Shown one piece after another: positions 52,795 to 64,000 of a stretch of DNA of 64,000 nucleotides (position 1 is the first letter of the stretch; each line of letters begins with the position of its first letter). The DNA lies in NCBI RefSeq assembly GCF_006345805.1, contig NC_042997.1:160580001-160644000 (forward strand), read 5' to 3'. The notes beneath the pieces are model-generated. The model was not told the DNA's origin and made no database searches. It saw nothing but the letters and a program-made list of their open reading frames with translations. Source of the stretch: Octopus sinensis. Taxonomy: Eukaryota. The position numbers and the translations under genes were made by a program.

Positions 52795-54863
52795 AAATTC
52801 CTTATGAGACACAGAACAAAAGTCTCAAACCAGGTCAATAGAGAACTGAAGTATAGTGAAAGGTTAAATTAAGACAGACATTGCTGGAAATTAAAAGCAA
52901 AATTAAACTCTCCCATGAAAAGGAAAGAGCAGAGAAGGAGAAGAGAAGTGAGCTGTAGAAAGCATAAAAACATACTTCAAGGCTTTCTATACATTTTCAA
53001 AGTATATTGCCGCAGTACAGTACAAAATAGAACCCCTGTTTCAATGGAATGACTCACTGACTGCGGACCCCAGAAGGATTAGTGTGAAGTGCTCAGTGTA
53101 CATTTTAAAAGTGTTTTCACTTCTCCACTGGGTCATATTCTGATAAAAAAAAACAGCTGATTTCTTTGACCAGGCAACTCTGTAGGTAAATGCGGTAGCC
53201 ATCAACTACATTGACATTGATGAGTGGCCATACACGAAATGATCTCAACCTCAGCAGCCGGCTCCGATGGTCTCCCGGCTATTCTCTTAAGTCATGTAAT
53301 TAGCGGGACCACTTCGGATACTTTTCCAGAGTTTCGTTGCAAGTGATAAACTTCCCAAAAAGCTAAAAGAAGCTTCATATGCCCTATTCATAAAGGTGAA
53401 AGCAGAGCAGAGGCTAAAAACTACAGACCTATCTCTCTGACTTCACGTATCAGCAAGTTATGGATCGAATCTTCAGAAAGAAACTAATTACATTCCTAGA
53501 AGAAAATGACTTGTTGAACGATACTCAGCATGGAGTCCGTCCAGGCAGAAGCTGCCTCATTCAGCACTTACGGCATTATGACTGGGTCCTAAAGTCGATG
53601 TGATATATCTTGACTTTACAAAGCCTTCGACAAAGCTGATCATGGCATGATATGTCACAAGCTTGGTATATCTGGTAAACTAGGAGAGAAGCTGCACGAC
53701 TTCCTAAACAATGGACGTCATGCAGTTGCAGCCAACGGTGCACTGTCTAGGGAAACACAAATTTCGAGTGTTGTTCCTCAGAGAACTGTCTTAGGGCCAT
53801 TTACAGGTTATAGTAGCCCTCAGACATGCCCAGAATCACTCAGACAGCCACTGTCCTAGCTACGCTGATGATACAAAATTATCACAGGCAATAAAGTATG
53901 CTAATGATGTCGTAAACCTACAGAACAACCTAAATGCAATATGCAAGTGGGCAGATCAAGGCAATATGCAAGTCAATGCTGAAAGATTTCAAGCACTGCG
54001 CTATGTGATCACAAATGCTACACAACCTGCATTACAGGACCTGCAGCTACTGCAATTCCAGAATCACAAACAGTGAGAGACCTGGGCATCAGTTTGTGTA
54101 ATGATGCATCATTTCACATGAACATACCAAGTTGGCAGCAACGTGCAGACGACTGGCGGGATAGATACTAAGGACATTCAGAACAAGAGATCAGGAGGTC
54201 ATGCTGATGCTATGGAAGAACTTTGTCCTCATCCGCCTAGACTAGTGCTCTCAGTTGCAGTCCCACCACAGTGTCAAGCTAACAACGAAGCTTGAAGTAT
54301 CAAGATCCACTACAATAAAAGATTGCTACAGCCCAACAGATGAAATACAGGGAGTGGTTGAAAGAACTACGACACTCTACTCCCTAAAGCGCAGACGTGA
54401 GACATAATGTAATACTTACATGTGGAAAATAATAGAAGGACTAGTACCCAATTTTGACATCAGGTGTTATATGAATGCTTGTACTGGACGCCAATGCATC
54501 TTAACATAGAACCAGGTACTGCAATAGCCTAGGGTTCAGAGGACCACAGCTCTTTCAATGCTTACCAAAATAATTGTGAAACGTACACGATATAGATGAG
54601 CAAGTCTTCAGAAAGAAACTGGGCAATCTTCATTCCCCAATACCGGACGACCAATGCTCGACATGAGGTACTGTTGAGGGCAGCAGGTCAAATTCTATCA
54701 TACACCAGACGGACCATGGAATATGTTGATGGGATCGCATTAGTCGGAGGAGAGGAACCAACGGAAAGATTGAGGGGAGGGTGCAAAAGTGAAGAGTGAA
54801 AAACCATGGTGGTGCTCCACAATGAAAACAGCCACCTCGCCGAAACATATAAAGACTAAATAA
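52795..54863 (+). mobile_element. Degenerate CR1/Jockey-group LINE, duplicated copy
   Basis: Matches 4480-6555; ORF 53647-53859 retains ICHKLGISGKLG and VPQRTVLGP. Confidence 0.85.
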
Positions 54864-54870
54864 TGAAAGA

Positions 54871-54946
<76 letters not shown>

Positions 54947-57900
54947 TATATATAACAGTTCCAGCATGGAGTGGTTTATAACCCATTTAAGAAACACACA
55001 AAACTTGGTGCTGCACGAAGTTTGTCAGTGAACAGGTCGCGGTCTCAAAGCGATGAAATATTTTGACAAATTAAATTTAATGTTGAAGCGATCTAACGGT
55101 TTTGTGTGGTTCTTAAACGGCTTATAACACCTTCCACGCTGCATTGTTTTCGTTCCACAGCACACGATCTCAGATCAAGTCACTCGCTATGCAAGTACAA
55201 ATCTCATATAAATATATATAGATATATATAAATTATTATATATTATATATATATATATATATATTAATATATATATATATTAGATATATATATATATATA
55301 TATATATTTACATATATACATATATATATACATACATAAATAAATAAATATATATATATTACATATACATACATATATACATGCATATACAAATACACAC
55401 ACACACACGCACGCACACATATATATTATATGTACTATATATATATATATATACATATACATATACCTCTATACATATACATAAATACATCTATATATAC
55501 GTATATATTATATATTATGCATACATATATGTGTGCAGATGTATAATATTCATATATACATGCATCGATATATGCATACATTATACATGTTTTCCATTTG
55601 CTTCTCTCGTTCATGCATTCAACTCTTTTGTTTTTCGTATTTCAAGTTGTTTACGATTTATGACGTCCTGTACCCATATATGCATATGTGTGTGTGCTGG
55701 GTGTGTGTATGTATGTACATCTACACAAATAATATAGTATGAATATATACCATATGTATTCATGCAATTATACATATATATGATATATATATGTCGTGTG
55801 TATGATGTATATATGTATGTATGTATATACACATGTATTCATGCATTCATACATATATATGTATATATATATATGTGCATGTGTATGTATGTATGTATAT
55901 ATGTATGTATGCATGTATATATGTAAGTGAGATAATAGTTTCAGTATTGATAGTTTCACTATGTGTAAATTATATACAGTGTGTAAGAATTAATAGTGAA
56001 AGTATTAAAACGGAAAGTATTATCTCACATTACAATAAAGATGCTTTTGTTTCACTTTTGACACGTTATTTACCGAAATAGTGTAAGAGATAAGATATTG
56101 CTCCGGGCTGGCATTAGGTAAGAAGTTGAAACTTTTGGGAAACCACGACACTGCATGGATCCTAAGTAAGTCATGTGTAAAATTTGAATAAAATCTGAAT
56201 AAAATCGGTAGGGTATTTCTCGAGTTTAGTGATACACACACACACACATACACACATTCTAAGTTTTATATATATTGATGATGAACATAAAAACATGGGA
56301 CGCGTAAAAATACTTCTTTAATGTTGCTAAATTCTTTTGGCCACCACGATCGAGGAAGTGATTTCAGTATTTAGCTTACTGAAGTAAATAACCAGAAATA
56401 AAATTTGAATAAGTATATATTGTCGGATATTATTCATCGAAGAGCTCGTAATCATATCTAAGATAGGCACAAAATCTGAAAACGAGGTGTTTACGTCCCC
56501 ACAACTTAGCGGTTAGGCAAAAGAGACCGATAGAATTACTAGTAGGCTAACAAAGAATAAGTCCTGGGGTCGATCTTTTCGACTAAAGGCGGTGCTCCAG
56601 TATGGCCGCAGTCAAATGACTGAAACAAGTAAAAGAAAGAAAAAAAGGTACTATATATTTATTCTTCACACGTGTATTATTGTCTTTATTTTATCTTATG
56701 TCCATGAAATTTTTCGTCACACATCTGTAACATCTTCAGCGCCCCTTTCCACTCACGTGTATCCTCCTGCTCCGCCTAGTCCAGAGAATGGACTAAGCAG
56801 AGCAGGAGGATACACGTGGATGGAAAAATTCGCTGATCAGGTCACAGATATGTGACGAAAGATTTCATGGACATAAAATAAAATAAGAACAGTAATAAAC
56901 GAGGGAAGAACGAATATACAGTGCGTGTGTTTATTTGGCAAAAAATGACCGTTCCGAAATATAACATTTAAAGAGTAAAAAAGAATAATTGGAAGTATAA
57001 TTATAACAGTAAATGTTTGTTGTTAATAACTTGCTGCTTTAACTATCCTAACATTCATACTTACATTTCTCTTAAGTCATGTATTTCGAGAAAAACCTGA
57101 AGAACTGAACTTTTTATTTTCTGGCACTTTAGTATGTGATTTTGTCCTTAAGATTGTCAAATACAATATTTCTCGAGACATCAGTGTAGTTCGACTGGCT
57201 AGAATGAATAGTTAAATTATCTTTACTTCACAGCTACCGTAACAAGAAAAGAAGACCTAGTGTAGATAATGATGTACTAAAAGACCGACGGTGTCGTGAT
57301 TGAGATACCTTACTTATTAATTCATCGCTTTGTTCGGGGCAGGCCTAATGCTAAACAACTACTGTTCCCCTAGTACATTCTCTGTCTGCTTCCTCATTAT
57401 TGCAATCAGAATTCTTCCAAACACAGGAGTAAGATAATTGGAGTTGTGTAAGATATACTGAGAGATAAGAGGTTGAGTATGAAAGCGAAAAGAGGTGTGT
57501 GTGAGGGTGTGATTGTACCGACAATGTTATATGGTGCATAAATGTAGGGTCTGAGAGTGGAAGAAAGGAGGCGACTGGATGTGTTTGAGGTGAGATGTTT
57601 GAGGGCTATGAGTGGTTTGACACGGATGGACAGCATGAGGAATGAGGAAGTGCGAAGGCGAACAGGAATGAAAAAACATTTACGTACCAGAATGGATAGA
57701 TGAATGTTGAGGTGGTTTGGCTACATGGAGAGGTTAAATAAGGAGTGGATAGTAGGGAGAGTGATGAATGAAGAAGTGGTAGGCAGCGGAATCGGAGGCA
57801 GACCTCGGTTTGTGTGGATGTCCATTAGACAGTGAGGAAAGCTTTAGTGGTTAGAGGTGTTAGAGTGAGAGAAGCAAGAGAGTTTATTAATGATAAGAAA

Positions 57901-59623
57901 GCTTGGAGAGTGTTTGTGGACGGATGAGTGAATTGATGTTGCTCAAAGGGATTCAGAATCAGCATGATGCGGTGGGAGTAAACCAGCATAAACTATCGGA
58001 CCCCGCTGCTGATATCGGGGGTTTGCTTTCTATGGCTTGACCCGAAGATAGGACGGGACTTGCCTCTTTGTGTTGGGAAATGAATGGAATACCTGGTGTG
58101 TGCTTGTTGCGGCTACTCCCTCCTATGGGGAGTGTAGGCCTGGGTAGATAAATAAAACTATTATTTTGCATAGAATATTGGGTTTCGTTTTCATTTTATG
58201 CAAACTGTAAAATTTAACCCGAACAGCTTGTATACTGATTTCTATTATTTGCTCAAAGCTCAAAGATTTGGGTTGGAAAAGTCAATGAAATCGACCCTTG
58301 TAGAATACTTATTTTATCGAAATCTAAAGCCTAATGTATCAGCAATATCTGAACTCTGATGTAAAACGTCGTGGTTTATGGGTGTAAGTCTTTGTTTTTC
58401 ACCCCGTCTTTTTCTACTCTGATTTTGCAAATTATATATTTTCTATACTTTGGTTATTAACAGATTATGAAACAACAATATATATTATATATGTAGGTAC
58501 TGGGTGCAGCGATGCACCGATAGCCAGCTAATGGAAGTTCTGTCTGGGGTTAAACTAGCAGTAACATGGAGCAGCCACTTTGATGTGGCGATTAACTTTA
58601 CTTGTTGCTATAGTTACTACACTGATCTCTTCTTGAGATTTTACAACTTGCTCCTTTGCTTGTTGCTAGTCAGTCACCAATGGTCGCTTTGTTTACAATA
58701 TATTGCTACCTGGAGAGGACCCTGGCAGTCTCACTCGCGACCAGGTTACTCGCGACTCAAGATGAGCCAAACAGCTCGAAACTGAGTCTTTCTCACTATC
58801 CTGTTGTCAGCTAGAAGATGGTAGGGGTTTGCTCCCCACTGCTAGTAATATACATATAAGGTACAGGGTGCAGTACTGTACCGATAATCAGCTGGCGGAA
58901 GATCTATCTTAGATTAAACTAGTATTTACATGAAGTAGCCACTTTGATGTGGCGACAAACTTTTCTTGTTAAGGAATTTTTCTTTCAGTGTAACTGCACT
59001 ATAATGACTGTATCGGTATACATGAATGATCGGGCTGCTAGTTTTATTTTAGGTGAAGCAGGTTGTTACGTTTACATTTACATTAGAAGCATGGAAGTGT
59101 TTTTTTTTTCTGAAAAGAGAAACCACACTGTAGGCATTGTTTTAGCCAATTATGCTGATTTTATAACTATTATCAATCCAAGATGCATTGTATTAGATTC
59201 AATACGATAGTCCATTATATTTTCAAGTGTTAGGTACCTTTGTACGTAAGTATGTTTGTATATATAGGTTTTATTTTAAAACAGAGATGGTAGCGTGCAT
59301 TACATTGCGCCACGTTTCAAAATATTTAGTTATTACTATACTACCCTAAAAACATGGGGCTTACTAGCGGATCATATGCGGGGTTTAAGTGTGTTGTAGG
59401 ACAGTAGGTGAAATTATCTAAACTGAGTGTTCATTTGACCTGGTTCGAACTGCATAATAGAGTCCAGAATGCACATGATGTCATGGCTGATCACGGCTAA
59501 GTTTGGACTTAACAACAATAGTAACAAGATTATCAAGAAGATATAATAAAGGTCAAACGTACATCGAATAATAAGTTTTTGAAAACTGATTCTTTATCTG
59601 TATGTTTTACGTTTGTTTTTCAG

Positions 59624-59862
59624 AAAAGTGGCCAGAGGAACATTACTATTTTGGATTATGTAAAGATATTAAAAAGAACGCCTTTGTATGGCAGAATGGA
59701 GAAGCGCTTACGTTTTCATACTGGATGGAAAAGAGACCTGACAATCTTACTGGCAATCAGAATTGTGGATGTTTAGACCTAAAAGGGAATCACAAGTGGA
59801 ATGATGTTCGTTGTAACGTCAACGGACAGGCGAAACATATATGCGAGATAGTCTTACGATAA
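59624..59862 (+). CDS. C-type lectin gene copy 2, terminal CTLD exon
   Basis: ORF 59602-59862 translates identically to 11303-11563; same CAG acceptor at 59621-59623. Confidence 0.88.
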
Positions 59863-59903
59863 ATGTGTAGCTGAAATAGCGGTAATACACACACACACAT
59901 CAC

Positions 59904-59972
<69 letters not shown>

Positions 59973-61321
59973 AGACAAGCATATACAGACACACATGTAT
60001 GTGCATATATGTGTATATGCATACATAAATACATACATACATACCTACACACACACACTCACGCACACACACAGATATATATATATATATATCTACATCA
60101 ATGTGGAACGAGGAAAATGATTTGTGAACACCGCATTGGTTGATATAATTTCTTTATTTTTTGAATTAAAGCTAACATTGGTTTCATAATAAAAAATTAG
60201 GAAAATATCCTAGAGCCTTAATAATTTTTCAAGCTGATCACATAGAGAAAGTTGTTTGCCTCCATTTTGGAACACACACTCAGATATATATATATATATA
60301 TATATTAAAGAGACCGATAGAATGTACAAAGTTTACAAAATATACTTTTTTGCTGGAAATAGTTAGAAACCGTCGGTCTGGGAAATAGTTGAGATGGTAA
60401 ACGTTTTTAATTTTCATCCCTTCGTGAATTTATCCTTTTTTGAGGTCTTGAGATTTCTACTGCTGTTTCTAGCACAACGCTTTCCTATTTGGAAGCCTCT
60501 TACTGTATTTCTATATGAATAATATATAGTCTAATGAGTAATTCGTTTTTGTGCTAGGCCACTGGTAATAATAATTTATTATTACCTTATTTTATTATGT
60601 TTAAATATTGTTTGGTATACATACTTACATACATATATAAATATGAGTGCGTGTGTGTGTGTGTATACACGTGTGAAATTTGACTGGTGACCATCGCTGC
60701 TGCCATCTACGGTTGTTATTAGCTTAAGAGGCAGAGATAAATATGGCTTGCTAAGAAATAAGAGGTGAGGATAAATTTCCCTCAAGAGGAGAGAATCGCT
60801 GAGATATATATATATATATTATATATATATTGTATACTTATGTTATGCTTCTATATAATTCATTCGTATTTGTTTTTCTTGTTTTTGTAAGTAGATGCAG
60901 ATAAATTTAAATTTATTTCGTTCTAAATTGGAACTTATCAATGCACCACAACTTAGTATAAAACTACATGCTCATATAAAACAATATATATCGTAGAATT
61001 ATTGCTATTATTATATTTATCCTTAGCTTCGGTTGACAGTGAATATTCCAGCTTCTTTCTATGTGTTGTCCACTTCTATCATATCATTGTCAGTATGCTT
61101 CACAAAGTTATTCGTCGTTTTCCTTTTCTCTTATTTTCACCGGGGCTGAGACCTCGAGTAAATTTCCTGGCATTAAACTTTTCAATAACCACAATAAAAT
61201 TGTTACTCAACAACTGTTTTGAGTCCGTCATTCTTTTTCTTATACACACACACATACGCACAAACACACACACATATATATTTACACACATACATATATA
61301 TGTCTGTATGTATATATATAT

Positions 61322-61396
<75 letters not shown>

Positions 61397-63593
61397 GCGT
61401 GTTTCAGTGTACATGTATGCGAGTGTCTGCTTTTGTGTGTATTTGTGGGTGTGCTTCTATGTGTCTGTGTGGGATTGAGAAACATACTATGATTCTGGAA
61501 GTTTTTACTGATATAATTTATCTATCATATGAAATGCATCCAGGAGGGTGCCTCTTTGTTAATTTCGACTGCAAATTTGTTTTATGCTCCAGTTTAAATA
61601 AACACACAGTTGTATGAGAGTTTCAAAGCCCACAGCATTCGGTTTTATATCTACACACAATCTAGCCAACCACCGAAAATCATGACCCATATATTAATAA
61701 GCATCAGCTACAGGATAAAATCACTGTAATCTGACGAAGCTACATTTAAGAAGGCTGCATAGGATTACAATGAGGTAACCTTACCAATACAGTAGCGGTG
61801 CACAAGAGCAGTGTTACAAAATATTTCTAATTTCTCATCACTAAACAATTCCTGAATGGTCGTAAATTCAAAGCCTCTCCAACTAAACTTTGCAATCTAT
61901 TGGGCTTCTGCTGCACAAAAACAATGTCAAACATCACTAAAGGCCACATTGCAAACATATTGTAATCAAGCGTAAGGTAAAGAAAGGGTTACACAATTGC
62001 CGAATCATAGAATCTTATCCCACAAAGAGTAAAATTATTGAGAAAAACTCTTATGATGTATACTTCGACAACATATGAACATGCAGTATAGGTTCTCAAA
62101 GAATCACATTTCTCAGTAGAATATTTTGTCCCTCCATCCACACATAGAAAATGCTAGATTTTGGTAAAGTATGTTTCTCAGAAAGCAAATTACAAAAGAG
62201 AAACAAGCAACATTTCATTGGCGCAGGCACAGGCTTTAAGGACGGATTAAAACACTGCGATTCCTGTATTTAAGAGAGATTTCACATAATTTCCCTCTCA
62301 TCTAAATGCTTATTAAAAGAAAAAGAGGGAACTAACTTCGACTTGATGATACATGCCTGAATATCCCTTTACAGTTTTCTATTTGGGTTTAGTTAATACT
62401 AAAACTTCAATGCTAAAAACGAAAACAAAATTGAATGGAATTGACATCAACAATCCGACCAATAACTCACTGTGATGAGATTCCTGTACCAGTTTTTTAT
62501 AGGGATTAGTGATCTAGATAAGGAAGATATACATGAGTCAGATGACGAATTTCTAGGCAATGAACACTGGATTATAAGTTACATTGACGAATGCTTTTGA
62601 AAGCAATTTTCACAAAGTGAATGGATTGACTTGTTTTATGATTTAGAGACTTTGGTTGACAGGAGTATAATTATATTCCTGCCACTTCGTATTAAGTTGG
62701 GTTTCCTGATGTAATTTGTGAAAGTGCTTGAAAAGAAAGGGGATTGCTTTCAATATATTAATAAAGTCTTTCCAGGAATTAACGGAGTTAAGTTGAAAGC
62801 TGATATTTTCGATCAAGCCACAAATAGGCTGTCAGAGATCCTTATTTTTCACTTTGTATGAACGTGTTTGAAACAACAAACAAGAATGCGTCTGTATAGA
62901 TAATAACATAACGATTTAATTCACAGTTTTCATGTCCCTGATTATAACATGAGTATTAATGTGGTTTTTTTTGTTCAGCCATTTGGCAAGATTTCTTGAA
63001 TAACAGTGTAACTTAAACAGTGAACAAGGTGAACGTTTCCGCAGGGATATTAAAACGATGGAGAAAAGTTACCATGGGATACCGTTGTGATAACAGGTTT
63101 TTGATGGTGTTTGAAAGGCGCTCATAGCAAAATTTCTCACCGTTGAAGATCAAATAACACATTTTTACCATTAAAAAATAGGATGAACACTTAGAGTCAA
63201 TTATATGAGTACTTTGGTTTCGCAAAATTAATTGTTAATTATTAGTGAGTTTGTATTTTATCGTCCTGTAAAGAAGTTCAACCTGAGATTCATTCTGCGG
63301 CATAAATAACATTTTTTTTCTATATATTGTTTTTTCGTAGCGAACCATCCAGGCATGATGGGATAAAATTAAGGGGTTTTATGAAATAAGCACATCGGAA
63401 TTGGAGAAAGAGAGCCACTGTGTGTTCATTTCATCAAATCTAAATAGCAACCAGTTAGCGATTAAATCATTCTTTACATTAGAAATTATTGGATCATACA
63501 CTAGATAATGCAGTTAAAAATTACTCCACACCTTCCACATAAAAGATAGGATGGTCACAGAATACCATTGATTATATATACATCGATCTATGG

Positions 63594-63644
<51 letters not shown>

Positions 63645-63645
63645 A

Positions 63646-63678
<33 letters not shown>

Positions 63679-64000
63679 ATATATATTAATGTATTAAACA
63701 AAATTTTGTGTGTATGTGTGTGTGTGATTATGTGCGTGCGAGCGTGCGCGCGTATGTTCCTTATGGATTCGAAAACTGAAGACCCGGGTTTGACGTAAGA
63801 GGTATTTTTGCAAAATAGAAAAAACTATTTTTCATAAAATATTTGATGGGTAGGCCAATGATGAGGTAATATTCAGTCTTAGAGAAATCGGTAAATAGTA
63901 TATTACTTTTTAAGTTTTGGTAAAAAAGTCCTCTTAGTGGAATGAAAATTTATACTCAACCAATATAATATAATATAATAAACAATAAATATTAGATACA

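Larger units (their letters stand above)
48820..64000 (+). repeat. Segmental duplication, copy 2 (right end outside window)
   Basis: Near-identical to 1-15709 apart from one ~500-bp unit, microsatellite lengths, 1-nt indels and a few substitutions. Confidence 0.97.

Overview
AT-rich, microsatellite-saturated animal genomic DNA. The repeat repertoire (SINE halves, TAA-flanked RLE LINEs, TA/CA/ATA tracts) looks like an octopod cephalopod, which is an inference from recalled repeat families. One host gene is supported: a C-type lectin whose CTLD is split over two phase-compatible exons by a 10.3 kb intron (826-999 + 11325-11563). It recurs near-identically at 49645-49818 + 59624-59862, because 1-15709 is duplicated at 48820-64000 (real tandem duplication or assembly artefact; a 100-N gap lies at 37805-37904). 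The rest is transposon debris: Dong/R4-like RLE LINEs and a 556-bp companion element inserted with strict strand polarity into (TAA)n, CR1-like and RTE LINE fossils, mariner and Chapaev3-like DNA transposon fossils, several MITE/foldback elements, and a Penelope-like GIY-YIG remnant. The most notable unannotated signal is a set of hammerhead-ribozyme motifs from at least four unrelated short elements. One has an intact core and all three stems (17629-17720), one has an intact core and a GUU triplet (23390-23452, minus), one sits in a tRNA-headed element (16298-16690) and one in a 275-bp palindrome inside the lectin intron. All structures were folded by eye; no searches were run.
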